The notes below the pieces were generated by a model. The model had not been told where the DNA came from and ran no database searches. It was given only the letters and a program-made list of their open reading frames with translations. From Candidatus Nomurabacteria bacterium RIFCSPLOWO2_01_FULL_42_20 (GTDB lineage Bacteria > Patescibacteriota > Minisyncoccia > Phycocordibacterales > CAZVEC01), in NCBI GenBank assembly GCA_001785965.1, contig MFVF01000016.1, positions 2,098 to 49,573 of the forward strand: a stretch of DNA of 47,476 bases, read 5' to 3'. Both the position numbers and the translations under genes were made by a program. This document shows positions 8,969-16,976 of this stretch, in pieces (position 1 is the first letter of the stretch; every line of letters starts with the position of its first letter).

Positions 8969-10336
8969 TCATACTCCCTGAAGCGGGTCAATCATATTTT
9001 CCTGGATATTGCGGGCGTGTTCCATCACAGCATTGCCGTAGAATAGATTTTTAACTGCCGGATCGGAACAGCTTCGGCCGGAATAATATCGGCAGGCGGC
9101 ATCGCGTTCAGCCGTAAAAGTCTGCGCGGCGGCGCCAAGATCTTTCATATAAATAGCGGTGGCGGCGATGGCGTCCTTCGGCTCCCACGGATTAGGAGTG
9201 CTGACTCCGACCGCATTGGCTATCTTTGATTCAAACAACTTCCAAGTCGAGGCGATAAATTGGCTCGGTCCCATCGCTCCGCCCCAGCCGACTGTCCAAG
9301 GGCATGAAACCGGCGTGCCAAAAGAATCCAAGCCGAGCTTCTTGGTTATTTCTAGGAATGGCGGCACGTCTCGCGACGGATTCATTACCCGGCTTATCGC
9401 CGTGCCGGTGTTTTTGCCGATGCCGTCACCGGTTGAAGAGTCTTTCAGGAAACACGAGCCGATATTTTCGCCTAATCTGGATTCCTGCGTTAAGATGGCG
9501 AGGATGAGCGCCGGACGGACTCCCGTCTTAGATGAAGCGAAATTTGCAAATTCCAAAGCCTGGCCGAAAGGGATGGCTGAAGTGTCCCTGAGGGCGAAGA
9601 GCGCGCTTCTGATTTCAGCCGCTCTTCTTTCTCGCTCGGCCTTCAGAGCCTCGTATTCTTTTTCCTTGTCTTTACTGATTGAGAGCAGGGTTTTCTGCTC
9701 CTTCTCGTTTTTTTCCATTTCTCTCTGAACTTGCTCAATTTTTTTCTTGGCATTCACCTCTTCGTCTTGTTTTTTCTTCAGCTCTTCTTTCTCGCCTTCC
9801 GTTTCTTTTTTTACATTTTTTATTTCATCAACAGAGTCCTTCACCGCTTCTTTTATTGACGAAAAAGAATCAATATCTCCATACAGTTCGGAAAGAGTTT
9901 GGCTGGCTAAAATAAGATGCACTAAATTATTCTTTTCCAGCTCGTTAGTTTTTCTGATTAGCTGGGCTAAAGACTGCTTTTCGCGGATAATCTTTTCTGA
10001 TAAATTTTGAATCGTGCTTGTCCTTTTATTAATCTCGCCGGTTAATTTTTCAATAATTAAATTCTGCGATTTGATATCAAGCTTAGCTTTGCCGATTTTG
10101 GTTTTGATGATGTCAATATCTCTTTGAAGACTGGCGGATTTTGTTTTTTGGCTGTTGAGCAGAGCTTCTTTCTCGGCGATTTCTTTTTCCAATACCGCGA
10201 GCTCGGCTTCAAGCTGGGCTTTGCGGGCTTCAACTACCTGAAGCTCATTGTTTTGGGCAAAAACAAAACGAGGCAGTGGTACTGCTAAAAGAAGCGCGAT
10301 AAAAAAGGCTATTATTATTTTTTTAAAATGAGTCAT
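8969..10336 (-). CDS. Secreted coiled-coil protein with a C-terminal MltB-like lytic transglycosylase domain
   Basis: The N-terminus has a signal/TM segment (IIIAFFIALLLAVPLP) followed by a long Lys/Glu-rich heptad-like region. The C-terminus has LILAILTQESRLG and GWGGAMGPSQFIASTW (SLT_2-type motif). Confidence 0.7.
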   Translation of the reverse strand: MTHFKKIIIAFFIALLLAVPLPRFVFAQNNELQVVEARKAQLEAELAVLEKEIAEKEALLNSQKTKSASLQRDIDIIKTKIGKAKLDIKSQNLIIEKLTGEINKRTSTIQNLSEKIIREKQSLAQLIRKTNELEKNNLVHLILASQTLSELYGDIDSFSSIKEAVKDSVDEIKNVKKETEGEKEELKKKQDEEVNAKKKIEQVQREMEKNEKEQKTLLSISKDKEKEYEALKAERERRAAEIRSALFALRDTSAIPFGQALEFANFASSKTGVRPALILAILTQESRLGENIGSCFLKDSSTGDGIGKNTGTAISRVMNPSRDVPPFLEITKKLGLDSFGTPVSCPWTVGWGGAMGPSQFIASTWKLFESKIANAVGVSTPNPWEPKDAIAATAIYMKDLGAAAQTFTAERDAACRYYSGRSCSDPAVKNLFYGNAVMEHARNIQENMIDPLQGV

Positions 10337-10340
10337 AATA

Positions 10341-10380
10341 TTCTCTACGAACTACGAATTTTGTACGAAAGTACGAACAC
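10341..10380 (-). promoter_or_regulatory. Conserved 40-nt upstream motif, copy 1 (copy 2 at 44731..44770)
   Basis: ttctctacgaactacgaattttgtacgaaagtacgaacac begins exactly 4 nt from the start codon at 10336. It matches copy 2 at 38 of 40 positions, at the same offset. Confidence 0.8.
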
Positions 10381-10439
10381 AGAGTAGATTAAAGATTAAA
10401 GATTCATTTCGTACTTTCGTAATTTTTCGTATTTCGTAG
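10345..10439. repeat. Imperfect inverted repeat built from tacgaa words (arms about 33 nt, loop about 30 nt)
   Basis: The left arm is ctacgaactacgaattttgtacgaaagtacgaa. The reverse complement of the right arm is ctacgaaatacgaaaaattacgaaagtacgaa. The repeat lies between the rplY stop and the next gene start. Confidence 0.8.
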
Positions 10440-10447
10440 AATATTTA

Positions 10448-11140
10448 TTATTTCTTTTCCGCTTTCTTCGGAGTTTCCGCCGCTTTCGCTCCTGCTCCAG
10501 CTTCTGCCGCCGCTCCCTCCGCTCCTTCTTCTTTCTTGCCTTTCTTTTCTACTTCAATTGCCGACAGATCAATCGGCGCGGCCACCTCTTCTTTTTCTTC
10601 TTCTTGTTCGGATATTGAAGCAACGATTTCTTCCGGCTTAGCCACGGCCTTAACCGCGGCTGGCAAATTAAGATCTTTGACCAAGACCACGTCGTCTACT
10701 CCAGCCAGCTTTGAAATATCAACTTGGATTTTGTGCGGCAAATCTTTGGGCAAGCCTAGAACTTCGAGCTCATGCAGAACTTTGACTAAAATTCCCCCAT
10801 TTTTAACTGCCTCCGAATCACCAACGAATTCAAGCGGTATTTTAACTTGAACAGCTTTATTGATATCAATTACCAGAAAGTCCGCATGAATCGGCGCGCT
10901 TGTAACCGGATCAAATTGAACCTCATGAATGAGCGTGTCTATATTGCCTTCCGGGGTTTCCAAAGTTACCGGAGTGGACTCGCCGGCTTGCTTCCAAATT
11001 TTTTGAAAATCTTTTTCGCTTATGGAAATAGGAGTGGACTTTTTGCCTAAACCGTAGAAAACAGCCGGTAAAAAGCCGCTTTTCCTAAGGTTGCTTAATT
11101 TATTATTTATTGGCCTTGACTTAGTTTGAATTTTTATCAT
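10448..11140 (-). CDS. rplY: 50S ribosomal protein L25 / general stress protein Ctc
   Basis: LRKSGFLPAVFYG...IHEVQFDPV...HADF, with an acidic/Ala-rich tail. Confidence 0.9.
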   Translation of the reverse strand: MIKIQTKSRPINNKLSNLRKSGFLPAVFYGLGKKSTPISISEKDFQKIWKQAGESTPVTLETPEGNIDTLIHEVQFDPVTSAPIHADFLVIDINKAVQVKIPLEFVGDSEAVKNGGILVKVLHELEVLGLPKDLPHKIQVDISKLAGVDDVVLVKDLNLPAAVKAVAKPEEIVASISEQEEEKEEVAAPIDLSAIEVEKKGKKEEGAEGAAAEAGAGAKAAETPKKAEKK

Positions 11141-11157
11141 GTCTTTATTATATATAT

Positions 11158-12879
11158 TTATAGGTATTTGGCAATATCTTCGCGAGTGCCGCCAACCTTT
11201 TTGCCGGGATTGAAGATATTTTGCGGGTCAAAAATATTTTTAATTTTTTTAAATATTTCAATCATCTTTGGCCCATACATTTTCTCCAAGTAAGGCGTGC
11301 GGATGATGCCGTCATTGTGCTCGGCCGTAATTGAGCCGCCGTATTTTAAAACAAGATCGTAAACTTTTTCTGAAACTTCCAACACGTCTTTTTTAAGCCG
11401 AGGATCGCTAATGTCAACCAGCGGAATAATATGGAAATTGCCGTCGCCCGGGTGGCCGGCGATCGTATGCTCCAGTTCCGGATATTTGGAAAGTATTTCT
11501 TCCAGTTCCGGCAGGAATTCCGGCAGGAATTCGGGCCGGACGATCACATCGTCAATAAATGGCGCGGTCTTTTTACCTTTGACATGCTTGCGCAGGAGGT
11601 TGAAGCTCTCATGCCTAATTTCCCAATATTTTTCTGTGTCATATTTAGAAGTCGAGAGTCTAGAGTTTATATTTAATGATTTTAAGTATTTTGCAAGATT
11701 ATTGTATTTAATTTTGATCTCTTTTTCATCTCCGGAGAGTTCTGTAAGTAAGACAAGTTTCGGGAAGCCATATCTGATGAGTAAAAACAAATCAGGCCAG
11801 AAGCTCCAGGCGAATTTCAGACTGCCCCAAATCCCCTTGCCCTTTAGAAAACTGGTAAAAAATTTCATCGCGATTTTGAGAGTCTTGTCGTCGTAGGCCT
11901 CTAAGCTCTCTGGTTTATACTTCAGAATTTCGTTTACCAAATTAGAAATTTTATTTAGATCATCCAAAAAAATTACAGCCAGTCGCGTGTTTTCTGGGAT
12001 AGGCACGAGCCTGAATGTTATTTCTGTCACTATTCCCAAAGTTCCCTGCGAACCCACAAAAAGTTTATTTAAATCAAAATATCCTTCGACCCGCTTTTTA
12101 AATCCCTCGACTTCGCTCGGGATGATTTCCTCGCGAGGCTCGGAAATCACATTCCAAATATAATAACCGGCCGAATTTTTACTGACTTTTGGTCTCGATT
12201 TAGTTATAAGTTGCAAGTTATCAGTTATAAGTTTATATATTTCATTGGACACTTTATCCAAAAAACTTTTTGTTTTATCTGTGTTAATCCGTTTAAAATC
12301 AGTGATCATCTGTGGTCTGACAAAATACTCTTCCCCGTCTGCCAGTACTATTTTGGAAGACATAACATAATCCTCCGTCTTGCCATATTTGAGCGTTTTC
12401 TCTCCGCCGGCATTGTTGGCATACATCCCGCCCATGGCGCAAATGCTTTTTGAAGCCGGGTAACTCGGCAGCATCAAGCCCTTTTCGGAAACAATCTTTT
12501 CAAAATCTCGATAATACATGCCAGGTTGCACAGTAATAGCCCCTGTCAAGGTGTCACCTTGACAGGGGAAAGACACCAACTTATTCATATACCGAGTAAA
12601 ATCCAGAATGATGGATTCATTGAGCGGCCCGCCGGTCATATCCGTGCCGGCTGACCGCGCCGTAATTGAAATTTTTTCCGCGCCAGTCCGCGTAAAGTCT
12701 GCGTTAGTCCGCGTTTTATTTACCCATTTCACTAAATTTTTCACATCCTCGCCGTCTTTAGGATATGCCACCAATTTCGGCCGCACCGTAAAAAGGCTCG
12801 CATCATGGGAGTATTTCTCGAGCGTTTCCTCGCCGTCTTCTAAATCGCCTTTGAAAAATTTTTTAATTTCTTCTTTCAT
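11158..12879 (-). CDS. FAD-binding (PCMH-type) oxidoreductase, GlcD / D-lactate dehydrogenase-like
   Basis: ARSAGTDMTGGPL, VGSQGTLGIVTEITF and GGSITAEHNDG are present. Confidence 0.8.
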   Translation of the reverse strand: MKEEIKKFFKGDLEDGEETLEKYSHDASLFTVRPKLVAYPKDGEDVKNLVKWVNKTRTNADFTRTGAEKISITARSAGTDMTGGPLNESIILDFTRYMNKLVSFPCQGDTLTGAITVQPGMYYRDFEKIVSEKGLMLPSYPASKSICAMGGMYANNAGGEKTLKYGKTEDYVMSSKIVLADGEEYFVRPQMITDFKRINTDKTKSFLDKVSNEIYKLITDNLQLITKSRPKVSKNSAGYYIWNVISEPREEIIPSEVEGFKKRVEGYFDLNKLFVGSQGTLGIVTEITFRLVPIPENTRLAVIFLDDLNKISNLVNEILKYKPESLEAYDDKTLKIAMKFFTSFLKGKGIWGSLKFAWSFWPDLFLLIRYGFPKLVLLTELSGDEKEIKIKYNNLAKYLKSLNINSRLSTSKYDTEKYWEIRHESFNLLRKHVKGKKTAPFIDDVIVRPEFLPEFLPELEEILSKYPELEHTIAGHPGDGNFHIIPLVDISDPRLKKDVLEVSEKVYDLVLKYGGSITAEHNDGIIRTPYLEKMYGPKMIEIFKKIKNIFDPQNIFNPGKKVGGTREDIAKYL

Positions 12880-12882
12880 TTT

Positions 12883-13806
12883 TTAACCGCCTGCTTTAAT
12901 TAATCTTAAAATTAATTTATGAGCGATAAAAGCAAGAATAATAAAAATCGCGTAAACGCTGAACATGAAAACAAGTGAAGCGGAAAATTCAAAAAAGTCG
13001 GCAAAGGTGATAGAGAGCCAAGAGGCGATCGAGACAGCGCCGAAAAGGTGGATCAATTCCCTCTTTCCGGGTGAAAGCTGCTTAAGGCGCGCTAAAATAT
13101 CGTTAATTTTGCCGGAAAACATCGCGCCGTTTAAGATAATGATAGCTACCACTATTTGGCTGAAATAAAATTGCGGAGTAAGAACCAGTGTTTCCGGAAG
13201 CGCTAGAAAGACGCTCAAAAAATCTATTCCCAAGCCGGCCCAAATTACGGCACTCATCGCCGGAAAAATTTTATAAATAATCGGCGCCCAATCTTTTTTC
13301 TTGAGACTAAGCAGATAAAGAATGTCCACCGTTACGACAGATCCGAGCGTAAAAATGGAATGAATGTTATGCAAGCTGAAAAATAATTGTTCTTTACCCC
13401 AAAATCCTGTCCAGGTGGTAAAAGTTAGAAACAGAAATAAAATTGAAAAATTTACCAAGAAAAACAGCCGGAGTTTTTTTCTGGCGAATATAATATTAAA
13501 AATTAAAAGAACGGCGATTAACCAAAAATTTAAATTGAAGCCGTTTTGGATAAATTCATTAATCGGCCCGATAGCAATACCTTCATGGGCCAAAGCCGCC
13601 GGCGGAAAATAAATTATGGCTGTTAGGAACCATGCTATGCCAAGAAAACCGAGAGCGGCCAGGAAGAGCCGGGCGATAAATTTGGCGATTTTAATATTGA
13701 CAAAACTGAAAATAAAGCCCCAGAGCGCCAAAGCGGCGGCCGTGGCCGCGGCCAGTTGCACCAGAAATCTCATAAGACCGATTGAATTTATACCTGTCTC
13801 AATCAT
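12883..13806 (-). CDS. Polytopic membrane protein, function unknown
   Basis: Multiple hydrophobic segments are present. The 4-nt gap to the upstream gene suggests co-transcription. Confidence 0.5.
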   Translation of the reverse strand: MIETGINSIGLMRFLVQLAAATAAALALWGFIFSFVNIKIAKFIARLFLAALGFLGIAWFLTAIIYFPPAALAHEGIAIGPINEFIQNGFNLNFWLIAVLLIFNIIFARKKLRLFFLVNFSILFLFLTFTTWTGFWGKEQLFFSLHNIHSIFTLGSVVTVDILYLLSLKKKDWAPIIYKIFPAMSAVIWAGLGIDFLSVFLALPETLVLTPQFYFSQIVVAIIILNGAMFSGKINDILARLKQLSPGKRELIHLFGAVSIASWLSITFADFFEFSASLVFMFSVYAIFIILAFIAHKLILRLIKAGG

Positions 13807-14012
13807 TTTTCTTGCGAACTTTTAAATTATAAATAAATAAAATTACGCCGGCAAAATAAAAAAGCTTTGCCAAGTACCAAAGAGTATAATTACCTTGCGG
13901 CAAATAAAATAAAGCTAAAAGCATCCCCGCCCCCGCCAAAAAGAAAATTATTTCTTGAAATCTCATCATGATTTAATTATATAATACTATATTTATGCGA
14001 AGAACTTCAACT

Positions 14013-14054
14013 GATGTATATTTCATTCCAACATTCTAACGAATGTTAGAATGT
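14013..14054. repeat. Copy a of the ttccaacattcta palindromic module, overlapping the 3' end of the ArsR gene
   Basis: 14013-14038 (gatgtatatttcattccaacattcta) is identical to 15251-15276. 14031-14054 is a 10-4-10 palindrome, acattctaac gaat gttagaatgt. Confidence 0.9.
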
Positions 14055-14304
14055 TCCTGCCGCGATTTGTTAATTTATGCCGTATAGATTTTCCGTCGCT
14101 TCTTTTCATTACTAAACCGGAAATGGCCATTTTATTTATGTGAGACGATATGTTTTTGATATCCGATTTTACCTTGTCCGAAATTTCTTGAACTGACAAT
14201 TCCGGCTCCTTATGCAAAAGCTCTAAAATTTGCAATCTTCTGTGATTGGCAACTCCTTTGATTATTCTCTCCATTTCCCTGTTTGTCTTTTTCATATTTT
14301 TCAT
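14023..14304 (-). CDS. ArsR/SmtB-family winged-helix transcriptional regulator
   Basis: VANHRRLQILELLHKEPELSVQEISDKVKSDIKNISSHINKMAISGLV. Confidence 0.8.
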   Translation of the reverse strand: MKNMKKTNREMERIIKGVANHRRLQILELLHKEPELSVQEISDKVKSDIKNISSHINKMAISGLVMKRSDGKSIRHKLTNRGRNILTFVRMLE

Positions 14305-14341
14305 TCCAACATCATTCTAACATTCTAACGAATGTTAGAAT
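14305..14341 (-). promoter_or_regulatory. Copy b of the palindromic module (probable operator overlapping the -10) directly upstream of the ArsR gene
   Basis: The sequence is tccaacatcattctaacattctaacgaatgttagaat. The minus strand reads TGtTAGAAT, then 9 nt, then ATG. Confidence 0.6.
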
Positions 14342-14418
14342 AACTTATTATTAGCTCCTCGGCTAATATTGTACCCAGTTATATTATTACAACATAATCA
14401 TTATAGATTAAAAAAGAT

Positions 14419-15264
14419 TTAAAGACAATTCAGGGCCTTGCGCCAGCCGGCATCTAGAGCTTCGTCTTCCGAACAAAACCATTTTTCGCCGCGCGCTTCG
14501 TCTATTTTGGTTTTATTGTAAGAAGAGCAATTCGGCAAGTGATAAATTTTCTCGCCCGTGGAATTGATGTTGCCTTTGATTTGGCAAGCCGGGTCATTTT
14601 GGTTTGATTCGTTTGAAATTGCCGGAATTTCATAATTTTCATCTTGGCACGCGCTCCAAAGGCCTGAATTATTTTCTCTCGCTTCTTTTTGGGCTTCCAA
14701 GAACAAATCATTGTATTTCACATCTGGCGGATAAGTATAGACGCTGGCATAACCTTGCTTTACTAATTCAAAATTTATAAAAGTACCGTCTTCCGCATAA
14801 ATATATCTTAGCAATCTGCCGTATTTGTCCCTGTCGGTAATGTCGCGCTCCAGTCTGACTAGTTTCCCTTCCACTAATTCCTTATTTCTCTGTGAAGCTT
14901 CGACACCGAAACACTGCACCGGCTTTTGCGGATGCACTGATTCCGGCGTGTCAATGCCGATATAGCGCACCGTCTCTCCGTTTTCAAGCTCGATTGTGTC
15001 GCCATCTTTTACTCTTTTGACTAAATATAGCTCCTCTCCCTCGACAGAGCTCGGGACAAACGGCAGAACATCGGACGGTTCTTTTTTGATTGTTATTATT
15101 TCTGCATTTTGAACAATGGCTGGAGATTCATCTATGGCGGTAATTTCCATTATTTCATTTGAAGTGCTTTTGGACGAGAACAGTAAAAAACCAAGCAAGG
15201 CAAGCGCTCCGATGATTAAAAATATAATCCGATATTTTTTACAAATCATAGATGTATATTTCAT
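14419..15264 (-). CDS. Secreted/membrane-anchored thermonuclease (staphylococcal nuclease fold) with a Cys-containing C-terminal module
   Basis: VKRVKDGDTIEL...VRYIGIDTPE...YGRLLRYIY. The C-terminus is IKGNINSTGEKIYHLPNC...WFCSEDEALDAGWRKA. Confidence 0.85.
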   Translation of the reverse strand: MKYTSMICKKYRIIFLIIGALALLGFLLFSSKSTSNEIMEITAIDESPAIVQNAEIITIKKEPSDVLPFVPSSVEGEELYLVKRVKDGDTIELENGETVRYIGIDTPESVHPQKPVQCFGVEASQRNKELVEGKLVRLERDITDRDKYGRLLRYIYAEDGTFINFELVKQGYASVYTYPPDVKYNDLFLEAQKEARENNSGLWSACQDENYEIPAISNESNQNDPACQIKGNINSTGEKIYHLPNCSSYNKTKIDEARGEKWFCSEDEALDAGWRKALNCL

Positions 15265-15295
15265 TCCAACATTCTATAGAATGTTGGAATGAAAT
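15258..15295. promoter_or_regulatory. 38-bp perfect palindrome (copy c) containing the nuclease start codon and a -10-like TAGAAT
   Basis: atttcattccaacattcta|tagaatgttggaatgaaat has no mismatch. The minus strand reads TAGAAT, then gttgga, then ATG (15264). Confidence 0.85.
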
Positions 15296-15339
15296 TATAA
15301 ATTAAAACAAATTAAAAAGCTTGGCGAGGAAATAAAAAT

Positions 15340-16056
15340 TTAATCTATTTCCGGCTTAAGTATCTGGATTTCGACTTGACCTACGCCGGCCTGGAGCAAA
15401 CCAAGGTCCCTCGCGGCAATGCGTGAAAGATCAATGATTCGGCCCGGGATAAATGGTCCGCGATCGTTGATTTTAATCACCACACTGCGGCCGTTCCGAG
15501 GATTAGTTATTCGCGCCTTGGTGTTAAACGGCAGATCGAGGTGGGCGGCAGTATATTCATAATTGTCAAAAATTTCGCCTGAAGCCGTGGGCCGGTTTTG
15601 AAAAAAATCCGAATAATACGAAGCGCGGCCGGAGCGCGTCTCGACTACTTTGAAACTTTTCTTAAGAATGCCGGTCAAAATCTCGTTTAGCTTGGCCCGG
15701 GTATATTTCCCAACATAACCATTGCCGCTTTCAAGACCATTCGGCCGTAAGATGTCTTCGGAGTATTTTTCTTGGAAACTAATTACCGCATCTTTGGTTA
15801 ATTTTCCAAAATAGTCGGTTTCCTTGCCGGGCGCGCTGTCGTGGGCGGCGGCAATTTGGGTATCCCGATCAAGATTTAAAACAATCTGCAAGCACTTAAC
15901 TTCTTGGCCGACGGCCCGAAGTTTTAAGTCGCCGCCGAAAAAAACTCCGGCGCAATCATCAACTTGGGGAGAAAGTTCAACGGACGCCGCTTGGGCACTC
16001 AAGCTTACAACTAATGCCGCCGCTATAAATAATGTAAAAATAATTTTCGCAATCAT
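15340..16056 (-). CDS. rlpA: RlpA-family (DPBB) lytic transglycosylase with an N-terminal peptidoglycan-binding domain
   Basis: GRASYYSDFFQNRPTASGEIF...TAAHLDLPFNTKARITN..NGRSVVIKINDRGPF..GRIIDLS. Confidence 0.85.
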   Translation of the reverse strand: MIAKIIFTLFIAAALVVSLSAQAASVELSPQVDDCAGVFFGGDLKLRAVGQEVKCLQIVLNLDRDTQIAAAHDSAPGKETDYFGKLTKDAVISFQEKYSEDILRPNGLESGNGYVGKYTRAKLNEILTGILKKSFKVVETRSGRASYYSDFFQNRPTASGEIFDNYEYTAAHLDLPFNTKARITNPRNGRSVVIKINDRGPFIPGRIIDLSRIAARDLGLLQAGVGQVEIQILKPEID

Positions 16057-16071
16057 ATTTGTTTTCTGTAT

Positions 16072-16962
16072 TCATTTGATTTTGTTGAATAATTTCAGGC
16101 GATCTTCGGCGGCTTTTTGGATAGCTTTGACGGCCGGCTTCAAAATTTTATAAGGCGCAAGTTCGTCCGGATTTTCTTGAAGCGACATCTTGAGCGCATT
16201 TTTGTAAGCCACTCGAAGTTCGGTCGAAATATGGATTATGGAAATCCCGGCATTGATGCCTTTGACGAAGTCGTCGTCTGTAATTCCAGAACCGCCGTGA
16301 AGCACGAGCGGCACGCCGGCCTCTTTTCTTATTTTTTTTATAAGTTCAGCATCAATATGCGGATTACCGCCCTTAACCATGCCGTGAATATTGCCAACGG
16401 AAGGCGCAAACAAATCAATGCCAGTTTCTTCTACAAATTTTTTAGCGTCTTCCGGGCTAGTTTTAGTTATGCCCTCAGGCACACCCTCTTTTATATTCGA
16501 ACCGAGGCCAATAAAGCCAAGTTCGCCTTCGACTAAAATCGGCACCCCGGCGGCGGAAATCTTCCCTTTGGCATAATCTGCGCACTGTTTTGAAATTTTT
16601 ACATTTTCTTCGAAAGATAATTGCGCGCCGTCAAAAATGACCATGTCAAAACCGGCATCAATCGCCTCTTTGACCCGATCGAAAGAATAAGTGTGGTCAG
16701 CGTTTATAAAAATCGGATAATCATATTCTTCTCGCAAGCTTTTAACCAAAGTTACAGCTTGTTTGATGCCAATGAAATCCCGCTCCCCTTCCGAGACGCC
16801 AATGATCACAGGCAGTTGATAGTTGATAGTTGATAGTTTAGAGATTTCGCGAGCGGCGCCAAATACGCCCCACAGGCCTTCAATGTTGGCAATATTAAAG
16901 TGCCCAATCGCAGCCTTATTTTTTTCCGCTTCTATGATGTATTCTCTTAGGCTTTTAACCAT
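16072..16962 (-). CDS. fba: Class II fructose-bisphosphate aldolase
   Basis: AIGHFNI...INADHT...IFDG...LVLHGGSG...HISTEL. Confidence 0.9.
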   Translation of the reverse strand: MVKSLREYIIEAEKNKAAIGHFNIANIEGLWGVFGAAREISKLSTINYQLPVIIGVSEGERDFIGIKQAVTLVKSLREEYDYPIFINADHTYSFDRVKEAIDAGFDMVIFDGAQLSFEENVKISKQCADYAKGKISAAGVPILVEGELGFIGLGSNIKEGVPEGITKTSPEDAKKFVEETGIDLFAPSVGNIHGMVKGGNPHIDAELIKKIRKEAGVPLVLHGGSGITDDDFVKGINAGISIIHISTELRVAYKNALKMSLQENPDELAPYKILKPAVKAIQKAAEDRLKLFNKIK

Positions 16963-16976
16963 GATATAATTCTAGC
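16963..16976. promoter_or_regulatory. 14-bp divergent intergenic region with two overlapping -10 boxes
   Basis: On the plus strand: TATAAT (16965-16970), 6 nt, then ATG at 16977. On the minus strand: TGcTAGAAT (hexamer 16974-16969), 6 nt, then ATG at 16962. Confidence 0.6.

Noticed and set aside
13803-13968. An apparent small membrane ORF upstream of, and overlapping, the 12883..13806 gene.
   Set aside because: On careful re-translation, the ATG at 13968 hits TAG after 17 codons, and the frame that overlaps the downstream start also contains stops. My first reading had mis-transcribed one base, so there is no ORF.
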